Shown: positions 8,339 through 18,082, numbered from the stretch's first letter. The stretch: DNA of 64,000 nucleotides from Candidatus Obscuribacteraceae bacterium (GCA_044226015.1 JBGAHS010000006.1:160001-224000); one strand, 5' to 3'. A program made the numbers and translations. The notes: generated from the letters alone by a model not told the origin.

Positions 8339-9652
8339 TCAGGCGGATTCCAGCGACTCTCCCAAGTGCTCCGTTCTGTGCCAGGTGGAAGCCTGTCTGC
8401 GAAACGCAATATGAACGAATGAAATCACGATACAGGGAACCCAGTGTGCATACACGTAGGTATTAACTTCAAAGGTATGGATGAAAGCTTCCAAGAAATT
8501 GAGTTCTTTCCTGTAAGTGCGAATAGCAATGAAGAAATTAACGAGTGAAATAACGAAGGTCATTGTTGCGACCATGAAAAGGAACTTCGGATAAATCGGT
8601 TCGCCAATCATGAAATCGATTGTTTCCAGAATTATCTCAAGCAGTAGAAAACCGGGAATCGCAAATTCGGAAAGGAAAGCGAGAATGTCCAGTCGCTCGA
8701 CAATCGAGAGACTCTTGGGGGAGTTTAACGGAAAAATGTAGTCCAGGTAGCGGCGAATACTGCCCTCAGCCCAACGACGTCTTTGACGAATCAAACCTTT
8801 CCAGGTTGTAACAGCCTCTTCAAACACATGGGTGTCGTCAGAGAAGCGAATTCCCCATTTTGACAGAAGGAGTCGCATCGTCAAATCCAGGTCATCGGTG
8901 ATGGCTTTATTGTTCCATCCGCCAACATCTATGAGTGCTTCGCGCTTCATCAGCTCGCCATTTCCGCGAAGCTCAACTGCACCACCTATGAGGTCACGAC
9001 CGACCTGGAAGTAGGAGTCGAGAGCATACTCTGAAGCCTGGCAGGCCGGCAGAAAGGAATTTTTCTGGTGCTCGTAAATGCGTTTTTGTGATTGAACTGC
9101 ACCAACATTTTCGGGCTCAAGCAAGGGAAGAATACGAGTCAGAAAGTCTGGAGCAACATAAGCATCAGCGTCGAATACTGCAATGACCTCAGCTCTGCAA
9201 TGGGGCAAAGCATCATTGAGTCCCGCAGACTTTCCAGGGTACGAACCTTGTGGTCTGATGATGTAATCGAATTGCGGAAGTTCGTTTTTTAGACGTTCCA
9301 AAATTTGTGGAGTTGAATCATTTGAAGCATCATCGATGACCCATACTTTGTAGTTTGGATAATCGAGTTGGCAGAACTGGCGAACAGTCTTTTCGATTAC
9401 TCTGGACTCGTTTTTGGCAGGAATCAGAATGTCTACACTTGGGACCCAACTGGATTGAAGGTTGTCATCTTCTTTGACTTTCCGCTTGTCGGTTGTCTGC
9501 GCATGCAGCATCCAAATCGAATGACATGTCATCGAAACGAGGATGAGACTAAGCAGAACACAGATTGCTGGCCACGGAAGCAAGTGGTCGACTACGAGAA
9601 GAACCACAGCAGAAGTAACCGTCAAACCGAACAGTAATAAGCGATTTCGCAT
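8339..9652 (-). CDS. mgdA: GT2 glycosyltransferase resembling cyanobacterial monoglucosyldiacylglycerol synthase
   Basis: PAKNE, GKSAGLN, VFDADA, ELRGNG, ITDDLDLT and QRRRWAEG..RYLDY motifs; N- and C-terminal TM helices; adjacent MFS gene. Confidence 0.75.
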   Translation of the reverse strand: MRNRLLLFGLTVTSAVVLLVVDHLLPWPAICVLLSLILVSMTCHSIWMLHAQTTDKRKVKEDDNLQSSWVPSVDILIPAKNESRVIEKTVRQFCQLDYPNYKVWVIDDASNDSTPQILERLKNELPQFDYIIRPQGSYPGKSAGLNDALPHCRAEVIAVFDADAYVAPDFLTRILPLLEPENVGAVQSQKRIYEHQKNSFLPACQASEYALDSYFQVGRDLIGGAVELRGNGELMKREALIDVGGWNNKAITDDLDLTMRLLLSKWGIRFSDDTHVFEEAVTTWKGLIRQRRRWAEGSIRRYLDYIFPLNSPKSLSIVERLDILAFLSEFAIPGFLLLEIILETIDFMIGEPIYPKFLFMVATMTFVISLVNFFIAIRTYRKELNFLEAFIHTFEVNTYVYAHWVPCIVISFVHIAFRRQASTWHRTEHLGESLESA

Positions 9653-9788
9653 TTATGGATGATACCCCAAGACGTATATAAGTCTAAAGGAAATCAGGTG
9701 TTAGCAGTCCCTTTTCCTTAGTAATATAAGGAACTCCAACATTAAATTATCTTGACATAACAGTGTTTTCGGGAAATCTGAAATGTTC

Positions 9789-11111
9789 TTAAGCACTTGA
9801 GTTCAGTTCTTTATGCAACGCACGATTCAAATGGTAAAGACTGGTCGCAACTGTTGGGACGCCTATCAAGAGTAATGTCGTGAATACTCCACCCGGAACG
9901 TTATCGATTAATTGACCTGCAAGCACCACCGGTATAGTGGATGCTGCAGACATCGCCGTGTTTTGTGCACCAAAAACTTTTCCGCGCAACTCTTCAGGAA
10001 CAACCGCTTGCAGTGCAGCTTGAGTAGGAACTGCAACACAAGCGCAAGAGAAGCCAATACAAGCGGAGAAAAATAATGGCACCGCCATTAGTGCAGCTTC
10101 CCAGGAACCCGCAAACCCCAGAGCGCCTAGAAGGCTGAGAAATAGCCCTAATCCGGAAAATCCGGAATAAACAAGTATGTTAGGATGCAGCTTGTGCCCG
10201 TGGTGAGCAACCCAGAAATTTCCGATTCCCATTCCCAGTCCAGCTGCGGCCACGACAATACCGAACTGAAACGCTTTCAAATGCATCATTTGCTGCGCTA
10301 GTCCCACAGCTATGATATTCATAGTAATAATGGTACTGAACAAGATTGTGATTTTGAAAATGGCGCGAAACACCAGGGCATTGCCTGAGATGTAGGCAAG
10401 TCCAAAGCGCAATTCCTCAAACCAGGGTTCTCGTTCTGCATTTGAACGCTTATTGTCCCCAACGTTAATCAATAAGGCCGATGCGATAAGAAACAAACCG
10501 GCGATAACCCAGGGTGAGTTATCGAGTCCGATATGGGAAATAATTGGCTCGCCGATTGCAAATCCGAAGCCCAGCGCAATCATCATAGTCGTGAAAAAGA
10601 GTGAGTTCGCTGCATACAATTCGTGCTTTTTGACCAACCTTGGAATAGACGAACTCTCCGCAGGAGCAAAAAATTGGCAGCCTATCGAACTCAGGAAAGC
10701 TAATGCAAAGTCTAGTTTCAGCGATTGATTTACCTGTGGCAAAACCACCAGGGCAACACAGGCGGCTCTTACAACGTTTGATAAAACGAGGACCCAGCGA
10801 TGTGACCACCTATCTACGTAGACACCCGCAAGGGGGCTCAGCAAAACTGCAGGTATAGTAAATGCAACGTATAACCAGCTTGTGAGTTCCGCACCACCGA
10901 TTTGAGTCTTGTGTGCGCTTGATTGAGTTTGAGTCAATATCGCAACAAACAAGACAAAAACAGCTCGATCTGCAAACTGCGAAAAAACTTGCGCAATCCA
11001 CAAAGACATGAACTGGCGATTTTTAAACAGAGAGCCGAAGCCAGACTGCCCTAATAAGACTTCTTCGGAAGTCTCATCTGTAGAACTTAAGTTGCCTGCC
11101 TGACCGCTCAC
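9789..11111 (-). CDS. MFS transporter (DHA3/MFS_3-like)
   Basis: About 12 hydrophobic helices; LWIAQVFSQFAD, AGVYVDRW and LRGKVFG motifs. Confidence 0.92.
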   Translation of the reverse strand: MSGQAGNLSSTDETSEEVLLGQSGFGSLFKNRQFMSLWIAQVFSQFADRAVFVLFVAILTQTQSSAHKTQIGGAELTSWLYVAFTIPAVLLSPLAGVYVDRWSHRWVLVLSNVVRAACVALVVLPQVNQSLKLDFALAFLSSIGCQFFAPAESSSIPRLVKKHELYAANSLFFTTMMIALGFGFAIGEPIISHIGLDNSPWVIAGLFLIASALLINVGDNKRSNAEREPWFEELRFGLAYISGNALVFRAIFKITILFSTIITMNIIAVGLAQQMMHLKAFQFGIVVAAAGLGMGIGNFWVAHHGHKLHPNILVYSGFSGLGLFLSLLGALGFAGSWEAALMAVPLFFSACIGFSCACVAVPTQAALQAVVPEELRGKVFGAQNTAMSAASTIPVVLAGQLIDNVPGGVFTTLLLIGVPTVATSLYHLNRALHKELNSSA

Positions 11112-11187
11112 GGAAATAGCCTGAACCTATACTTCAGTTACTCTAGCACTTAGCCCGCAAGATTGCTCTGCGCGAACACCCGGCTAG

Positions 11188-12024
11188 TTAGAATTCCTCA
11201 GCACCTTCAAGTGATTCTCCGAGTTCACGTCCGCCACCTTTGACGTCGCCAAAGAATGGTGCTACACCACGCTTGCTCGTAGCAAAGAAATTGCAAATTT
11301 CGTCGAGTTCCTCAAAATTGGGCAACTCTTCTTTGATTTTGGCTACTGCCTGGGTGTGGTTTAAACCAGATCGGTAGAGCAATTTGTAAGCTTGCTTTAT
11401 AGCACCTCTTTTATCTGGACCGAGCTTGTTTCGGCGCAGACCTATCACATTCAAACCGCGCACCATGGCTGGGCGTCCATCGCACAACGTAAACGGTGGC
11501 AGGTCAACTCGAGAGCCTGTCATTCCGCCCAACATGCAGTAGCGACCAACTTTGATGAACTGGTGCAAGATAACCATTCCAGCAAAAACGGCACCGTCGC
11601 CTACTTCGACATATCCAGCCAGAGTGGTGTTGTTTGCCATGATGACACCGTTTCCAACTTTGCAGTTGTGTGCAATATGCGAATAGTTCATCAAGAAGCA
11701 ATTGTCACCGAGTGTGGTGTAGCCTTCTTGAGTTGCACGGTGAATTGTGACGTACTCACGAATAACACAGCTGTTGCCGATTATGACTCCAGTAGGTTCG
11801 TCCTTATATTTTAGGTCTTGTGGCTCTAGCCCAATTGCAGCGCCTGCAAATATATGGCAGTTGTCTCCAATGGTGGTGTCACCATCGATAACGCAATGTG
11901 CACCAATCTTAGTGCCAGCTCCAATCTTCACATTTGGACCAATCACCGCAAAAGGACCAATGTCCGCTGTCTCGTGAACTTTGGCTCCATCTGCGATGAC
12001 TGCAGTTCGGTGAACAGTCATCAT
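11188..12024 (-). CDS. lpxA: UDP-N-acetylglucosamine O-acyltransferase
   Basis: Hexapeptide repeats; PQDLKY, IREYVTIHR, HIAHNC and HQF motifs. Confidence 0.96.
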   Translation of the reverse strand: MMTVHRTAVIADGAKVHETADIGPFAVIGPNVKIGAGTKIGAHCVIDGDTTIGDNCHIFAGAAIGLEPQDLKYKDEPTGVIIGNSCVIREYVTIHRATQEGYTTLGDNCFLMNYSHIAHNCKVGNGVIMANNTTLAGYVEVGDGAVFAGMVILHQFIKVGRYCMLGGMTGSRVDLPPFTLCDGRPAMVRGLNVIGLRRNKLGPDKRGAIKQAYKLLYRSGLNHTQAVAKIKEELPNFEELDEICNFFATSKRGVAPFFGDVKGGGRELGESLEGAEEF

Positions 12025-12488
12025 TATTCTTCTCTCTTAACCATTGCAAATGAGATTTCTCCCTCGCAAGCAATTTTGTCTCCAACTTTTGCAGTCGCTT
12101 TTAATTTACCAAGCGGACCTTTCATCTTAAGAAGTTCAACTTCGAGGTCGAGTCGATCGCCTGGAATAACCATCTGACGGAACTTGAACCCATCAATTCC
12201 TGTGAAGACGCCAAGCTTATCCTTAAATTCGTCTTTCATCAAAATAGCTATACAGCCGAGCTGAGCAAGAGCTTCAACCATCAAAACTCCTGGCATGATG
12301 GGCTTGAAGGGGAAGTGTCCTTCAAAAAATTGCTCGTTAGCAGTCATATTTTTGTAGCCTTTGGCACTCTGTCCAGGCACACAATGAGTGACTCGGTCAA
12401 CCAACAAAAATGGATAACGGTGAGGAATCAACTTCTTGATTTCGTTGATATCCAGATTTTCGACAGCTTCAGGTGCACTTGCGGTCAT
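12024..12488 (-). CDS. fabZ: 3-hydroxyacyl-ACP dehydratase
   Basis: IPHRYPFLLVDR and FFEGHFP..PIMPGVLMVEALAQ; stop overlaps the lpxA start; likely start ATG 12488. Confidence 0.96.
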   Translation of the reverse strand: MTASAPEAVENLDINEIKKLIPHRYPFLLVDRVTHCVPGQSAKGYKNMTANEQFFEGHFPFKPIMPGVLMVEALAQLGCIAILMKDEFKDKLGVFTGIDGFKFRQMVIPGDRLDLEVELLKMKGPLGKLKATAKVGDKIACEGEISFAMVKREE

Positions 12489-12859
12489 TTCTAATACCTT
12501 TATTTGCGTGAAAGTTTGCTGAGTATATCGCTTCAGCCAGGGGAGCGTCATGTTGCAAACAAGATTTATAAACCTGGTTCACACAAGATTCATGCAAAAC
12601 CTGTTAGAGTTCAAATCGTGGAAAGCCCGCACGCGCCGGTTTCCGGCAGACCAGTGCGTGTCTTTCGAGTTTTGTAGCGACTCGGGCAGTGTGACGAAAT
12701 CAAGATCGGCGGATAGGTTCATCTGCACGTATTTTTCAGTTCCAATTTTGGAAGCAACCCAAACGCCAAGTGGCTAATTGATTATAGGAATGTAAGCTAG
12801 TCAATTTTGAGTTTGCGAAATGGCGAAGAAATGAAAATTCAGGGAGTAGAAGGAATCAT

Positions 12860-13522
12860 ATGGAAACCGGAATAAAGAACATCAGCTATTACAAGCCAGC
12901 AGCTGAGTCGGCCACTCGAAACTGCGGAAGCAACTCGTTCTCACCGTCAAACTCAAATATTGTTGACATGGAGAAGGTCGCACTTGGGGTCAGAATGATT
13001 CTCGAAGGTCTCGGTGAAGATCCAGAGAGAGAGGGGCTTCTCGACACTCCAGCCCGGGTTGCAAGAATGTATCAAGAGCTGGTCTACGGACTGAATATAG
13101 ACCCTGCATCCGAAATCACTTGCACTTTCAACGAAACCAGCGAAGACTTTGTGCTTGTCAAAGACATTTTGTTTTCGAGCGTTTGCGAACACCATATGCT
13201 TCCCTTCTTTGGGACAGCCAGCATTGCGTACATACCCTCGGAAGGCAAGATAACCGGTCTTTCGAAGATCGCACGACTTGTTGAGCTATGCTCCAGAAAA
13301 CTTCAGGTGCAAGAGAGAATGACTTCGCAAATTGCTGATGCCATCTGCACTAAACTCTCCCCTTCTGGAGTACTTGTCATGCTGGAAGCCGAGCACATGT
13401 GCATGTCTGTACGCGGTATTAAGAAGCCCGGAAGCAAAACTATCACCACTGCCAGCAGGGGCGTTCTCAAAACCAATGCTAGCAATAGACAAGAGCTTAT
13501 GTCGTTATTGACAAGAGCGTAA
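12860..13522 (+). CDS. folE: GTP cyclohydrolase I
   Basis: REGLLDTPARVA, CEHHMLPF, GLSKIARL, QVQER and HMCMSVRG motifs. Confidence 0.96.
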   Translation: METGIKNISYYKPAAESATRNCGSNSFSPSNSNIVDMEKVALGVRMILEGLGEDPEREGLLDTPARVARMYQELVYGLNIDPASEITCTFNETSEDFVLVKDILFSSVCEHHMLPFFGTASIAYIPSEGKITGLSKIARLVELCSRKLQVQERMTSQIADAICTKLSPSGVLVMLEAEHMCMSVRGIKKPGSKTITTASRGVLKTNASNRQELMSLLTRA

Positions 13523-13571
13523 TACAGAATTTCCGAGTACCATAGTTGTATCTCGGAGGTCACAGCAGCTA

Positions 13572-14891
13572 ATGGCAAGGATTCTTATTGTCGATGACAA
13601 TTTAGACCTGGCCGAAAATATGAATGCGTATTTGAAAGCGCGATCGCATGATGTCACAGAAGTGCATTCGGTGACAGAGGCTTTTGATGAACTCTCTGCC
13701 GGCGATTTCGACCTGCTTTTGTTAGACTGGGAACTACCTGATGGAGACGGTATTCAGGTTTGCAAGGCTTATCGAGATCGAGATGGACGTGGTGGCATTT
13801 TGATGTTAACCGGTCGTGCTTCGGCCGAAGATAAAGTTACAGGGCTTACAGCAGGGGCTGATGATTATCTTGCAAAGCCCTTTAACATAGCTGAGTTCGG
13901 GGCTCGTGTCGATGCGGTTCTTCGCCGTGCAAATGCACAAAAAGCCCTTGAACCCATTGCTTTTGATGAGTCTCTTGTCGGAAAAACGTTGGCGAATGCT
14001 TATGAGATCGAAAGTGTTTTGGGCAAAGGTGCAATGGGCTTTGTGTATAAAGCCACACACAAAACGCTGAAGCGCGTGGTGGCAATTAAAGTTCTTTCTG
14101 AAACAAATATTGGTGTGGGCGCAAGGAAGAGATTTGAACGCGAAGCCCAAGCTATGAGTGTTCTGGAACACCCAAACCTTGTTCGAATTTACGAATTCGG
14201 ATTTGCTGAAAAAAAGGTTCCGTACATCGTCATGGAATTTTCTGAGGGACAGGCGCTCAATTTGCGAATCAGGCGAGATGGTCCCATTCCACTTACAGAA
14301 GCCTTTCCTCTGTTTATTCAAATATGCAATGGACTTGAACATGCTCATGAACATGGCGTTATTCACCGAGATCTCAAACCTGCAAACATTATTGCCAGTC
14401 CCGACAAGAAGCTAAAAGTAGTCGACCTTGGCTTGGCTAAATTTACACAAGTTCTCGATGAAGATATGGCAAGAAATAACGAGCTGACTTTTGCCGGTGA
14501 GGTTTTCGGCAGCCCTGCATACATGAGTCCAGAACAAGGTACCAACCGTCCATTGGACCAGCGTTCAGACGTATATGCTCTTGGCTGTGTAATGTACGAA
14601 ATGCTGTGTGGTAAGTTAGCATTCTCTGCTATTTCATTTATTGAAGTAATGAATGAAAAAATGAATTCGAAGCCACCATCTTTGTGTGAGCGGTTTCCTG
14701 AACTCAAGATTCCGCCAGAACTAGATCGTTGCATCAGAAAAGCTATGGATCCATCGCCAACAAAACGATACGGATCTATGGCGGAATTACGCGCCGAACT
14801 GCTTCGAATTCAAGAATCACTTAATGATCAATCCCGTGGTGGTTCTAAAATACTGAGCTATGTGCGCCACCTATTTGGAAAGAAAAAATAG
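13572..14891 (+). CDS. Receiver domain fused to a Ser/Thr protein kinase
   Basis: ILIVDD/LLLD/LT/KPF receiver motifs; GKGAMG, VAIK, HRDLKPAN, DLG and SPE kinase motifs. Confidence 0.93.
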   Translation: MARILIVDDNLDLAENMNAYLKARSHDVTEVHSVTEAFDELSAGDFDLLLLDWELPDGDGIQVCKAYRDRDGRGGILMLTGRASAEDKVTGLTAGADDYLAKPFNIAEFGARVDAVLRRANAQKALEPIAFDESLVGKTLANAYEIESVLGKGAMGFVYKATHKTLKRVVAIKVLSETNIGVGARKRFEREAQAMSVLEHPNLVRIYEFGFAEKKVPYIVMEFSEGQALNLRIRRDGPIPLTEAFPLFIQICNGLEHAHEHGVIHRDLKPANIIASPDKKLKVVDLGLAKFTQVLDEDMARNNELTFAGEVFGSPAYMSPEQGTNRPLDQRSDVYALGCVMYEMLCGKLAFSAISFIEVMNEKMNSKPPSLCERFPELKIPPELDRCIRKAMDPSPTKRYGSMAELRAELLRIQESLNDQSRGGSKILSYVRHLFGKKK

Positions 14892-14939
14892 TTGCTCGAC
14901 TGAGCAGAAGCATTGGAAGAGGTTGAGAGGAGAAACGGA

Positions 14940-16460
14940 GTGCAAGAAGAAAATAGAACGAAGCGAGGCATAAGCAGAAGAGCATTTGTTACTGCGCTTG
15001 CGAGTTTGCCATTGATCAACCTGGCGACTTTCGAAACGGCTGAGGCAGCGTCTACGATAAAACCTTTCTCCTTCGTTTACCTCTCCGACTCACATCTATG
15101 CAATGGCAAACCTGATAACGCCTACAAAATGTTGCAGGAAAGTCAATTGTTCCTGCAAGAAAGCATCAAGGGAATCAACGCGCTGAAACCAGATTTCGTG
15201 GTCTTTGGTGGTGACCAGGTTGAGACAGTTGGTAAGAATGAAGCTAACTGGAACTTTTTTCTGGATGTCGCACAAGGATTGAAATGTCCCTGGTATTTCG
15301 TTTTAGGTGAAGACGATGTTGTTTCTGAGCGAATACCAGTCGATAAAGCACGACAGTTTGGTCCAGACTTTAAAGGTCGTGGTATCACAGGTAACGACAC
15401 GTGGTGGTCGCTTGACCCAGTTGATGGAGTCCACTTAATTGGACTGGACACAAGCATCGCAAATTCCACGGGTGGCGACATTTCAAGCCAGCAGCTAGAT
15501 TGGCTAAAAAATGACCTCGCAGCCAACCGCGGCAAATTCATAATAATAGTTACTCATCATCCATTGCTTCCACCTGCACCATATGATGGTGGACCACCAT
15601 TTGATGAATACATTCTGCCAGACGGTGCCGATGTTAGAGAGATACTCACATCAGATGTAAAACTTGTACTCAGCGGACATTTATACATAAACAAAGCACA
15701 GCTGGAACGATACACATACCATGTTTCTTGTGCAGGGCTAGACATTTACCCCTGCCAATATAAATACTTCCGCGTTAGCAAAGATAGCATCTTAATGGAA
15801 TCGTTCGAGGTTCCTATGCCTAAATTAGTAAAGCGAGCAGAAGAAGCGCTCGTAGCGTCGTCTCTGGCTAGCAAGATAAATCAGCGTAAACCAGCAGAAG
15901 TCGTAGAACTATTTCGAGGGCAGGATGAAGATCAAAACGCAATTCTTTCTCTTGGTGCGAACAAATCGATTCAAGCTTTGTCTAAAAAGCAGATAAAAGA
16001 GGATCAAGAAAGGCGAGATACCGAGCTGGAAAAGCAAGCTGAACAGGCACGAACCGGCAAGGTCAAAGAGAAAGACAACGGTAAAGACAAGAAAAAGTCT
16101 GACGAAAAAGAGGACAAGAAGACTCGAGTTAAAAAAGAGCCCGAGCCAGATTCGAAGGACAGCAAGGAGTCTAAAAAAGCAGGAAAGGGAGATAAGAAAC
16201 AAGCCCCTGATGCCAGTGACGGCACTTCTAAGAGCAAAAAGTCCGATAGCAAAAAATCCTCCAAATCTGACAAGAGCGGAACCGCCGGAAAGAACCCAAG
16301 CACTACCGATGGTGCTGCAGATGCTAGCGCAAAAGGTAAAACTGAAGAACTTCAACCTCAAACAACCGATCAGCAATCAAATCCGGCGCAAACAAAAGAG
16401 TCGGCAACTCCTACTGAATCCGACAGTTCAGCTCAGCCTGAAGGCTCGAAAGACAAGTAG
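14940..16460 (+). CDS. Tat-exported calcineurin-like metallophosphoesterase with a K/D/S-rich disordered tail
   Basis: SRRAFV Tat motif; SDSH, GGD, HHP and SGHLY motifs; GTG 14940 after GAGGAG. Confidence 0.85.
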   Translation: MQEENRTKRGISRRAFVTALASLPLINLATFETAEAASTIKPFSFVYLSDSHLCNGKPDNAYKMLQESQLFLQESIKGINALKPDFVVFGGDQVETVGKNEANWNFFLDVAQGLKCPWYFVLGEDDVVSERIPVDKARQFGPDFKGRGITGNDTWWSLDPVDGVHLIGLDTSIANSTGGDISSQQLDWLKNDLAANRGKFIIIVTHHPLLPPAPYDGGPPFDEYILPDGADVREILTSDVKLVLSGHLYINKAQLERYTYHVSCAGLDIYPCQYKYFRVSKDSILMESFEVPMPKLVKRAEEALVASSLASKINQRKPAEVVELFRGQDEDQNAILSLGANKSIQALSKKQIKEDQERRDTELEKQAEQARTGKVKEKDNGKDKKKSDEKEDKKTRVKKEPEPDSKDSKESKKAGKGDKKQAPDASDGTSKSKKSDSKKSSKSDKSGTAGKNPSTTDGAADASAKGKTEELQPQTTDQQSNPAQTKESATPTESDSSAQPEGSKDK

Positions 16461-16587
16461 GACAATGATCTCTGCTTAATCATTCGTAGTTTGCACATAG
16501 GCAAATCATATATACCAGCACAAAATTAGAGTCGGGCAAGGCAGATAGGCATACGGGTAGGTCGGAACTTTCGCTGGGGGTTTTAAC

Positions 16588-17574
16588 TTGACCGAAACAT
16601 TTGAACTTTCCGCAAAATCAGCGGAGCGCCACAATTTGTCCAAAAACGTAATCGAGCAGGAAGATTCGCATCTTCGCCTTCTGAGTGATGTCTTTGCGCC
16701 GCCCTCGATGTTGAAAAAAGTAGAAATTTGCCAAGCCGATGATGGCAAACTGAACTTTCCGCCGCTAGTAGCTGAGAACTCAGAACAAAATAGTTGGCGA
16801 TGGAAACCTCCTCAAGGCATTTTGATGGAGCGCTCTCTAAACTTGAACCTTACGAAGGAAGAAAAAGAAAGAATCGGAAAGAAGATCTGGCAGAACGAAT
16901 CCAGCGGAACATTCGAAGGACTCACAGCCTGGAACAAGGGAGAAGAGTTTCCTTCACTTGGAATAGGACACTTCATTTGGATGCCCAAGAATGTCGATTT
17001 GCCCTTTGGCAATAGCTTTCCTGAAATGATCAAATCAATGCGAGATGCAGGTTCAACCCCTCCAGCATGGCTTAAGGAAAATGACCCGTGCCCATGGGAC
17101 ACGCGCAAGGAGTTCATGCGTGATTTCAACGGCAAGAAGCTTACTGAATTGAGACAGTACCTCAATGACACAGTCGGACTTCAGACCGACTTCATCATCA
17201 ATAGGCTGGAAGTTTCCCTTCCCAAAATACTTGACACGATTAGCGACCCGGCCGAAAAACAAAAGGTTCAAGATCGCTTCTATAAAGTGTTGAATAGCGG
17301 TCCGGCTGGGGTATTCTGTCTGGTCGATTACGTCAATTTCAAAGGCGAAGGGCTAGAGCCCGTTCCCGAATACAACAATCTTTCCTGGGGACTGAAGCAA
17401 GTTCTTCAGGGAATGACTGACACTGATAATCCAATCAAAGACTTTTCCGATTCTGCCAAAGCAACACTGAGTAACAGAGTCAAGAATGCTCCAAAGCATC
17501 GGCATGAGGAGCAATGGCTCAAGGGTTGGCATAATAGAGTCGACAGATATGTCACTGATCCACCACTTAGGTAG
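16588..17574 (+). CDS. Hypothetical protein, possibly lysozyme-like
   Basis: IWQNES...SLGIGHFIW; DYVNFKGEG; C-terminal WLKGWHNRV. Confidence 0.75.
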   Translation: MTETFELSAKSAERHNLSKNVIEQEDSHLRLLSDVFAPPSMLKKVEICQADDGKLNFPPLVAENSEQNSWRWKPPQGILMERSLNLNLTKEEKERIGKKIWQNESSGTFEGLTAWNKGEEFPSLGIGHFIWMPKNVDLPFGNSFPEMIKSMRDAGSTPPAWLKENDPCPWDTRKEFMRDFNGKKLTELRQYLNDTVGLQTDFIINRLEVSLPKILDTISDPAEKQKVQDRFYKVLNSGPAGVFCLVDYVNFKGEGLEPVPEYNNLSWGLKQVLQGMTDTDNPIKDFSDSAKATLSNRVKNAPKHRHEEQWLKGWHNRVDRYVTDPPLR

Positions 17575-17577
17575 GGG

Positions 17578-17608
17578 TTGACAAAGTCCCACTTTAGACT
17601 TATTCTAA
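17578..17608 (+). promoter_or_regulatory. Sigma70 promoter overlapped by a PerR/Fur-like box
   Basis: TTGACA(17578)-17 nt-TATTCT(17601); dyad TTAGA-CTTAT-TCTAA at 17594-17608. Confidence 0.8.
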
Positions 17609-17640
17609 GTACAGAACTTGTACAAATGAGTGGTCGCATT

Positions 17641-18054
17641 ATGAATACGTCAGAACTTGAAGCATTGCTATTGAAGAAAGGGGTTAAACCCACTCCTCAA
17701 AGAATGGTGATTGCTGACTATCTTTTGCATACGTTTTCTCATCCGACTGCCGATGAAGTGCTCGCTGCTGTGGAGAACAAGCTTCCTTGCGCACTTTCCA
17801 GAGCTACGGTCTACAACACTTTGAATTGCCTGGTTGAAGCTGGCGTGATTCAAGAGGTTTTTACTGAGCCTGGAAAAGCCCGCTACGACGCTAATGTGAG
17901 TGATCATCACCATTTTGTAGACAAGAAATCAGGTCGCATTCTTGATATTCCTGCTGAACTTGTACCGAGACTCAGCGAGCAGCTTGGCGAGAAGTACAAA
18001 ATTCACAGTTATCAAGTAACCTTTTATGGTGAGTTCGACGAAGAAATGCAGTAG
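17641..18054 (+). CDS. perR: Fur-family regulator, PerR-like (start ATG 17641 or 17626)
   Basis: TPQR, HPTADE, SRATVYNTL and RYD...HHH motifs; upstream of rubrerythrin. Confidence 0.85.
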   Translation: MNTSELEALLLKKGVKPTPQRMVIADYLLHTFSHPTADEVLAAVENKLPCALSRATVYNTLNCLVEAGVIQEVFTEPGKARYDANVSDHHHFVDKKSGRILDIPAELVPRLSEQLGEKYKIHSYQVTFYGEFDEEMQ

Positions 18055-18082
18055 TTAGAAGTCAAAATTTTTTACCCTCTAT

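Noticed and set aside
12550..12777. 75-aa ORF, and a direct THF-II/ZTP/preQ1 riboswitch assignment
   Set aside because: The ORF lacks recognisable features, and I could not match the conserved nucleotides of those riboswitch classes by eye
15909..16376. Phe/Leu-rich antisense ORFs that look like membrane proteins (also 52087-52337)
   Set aside because: Reverse complement of Lys/Glu-rich tails of real genes
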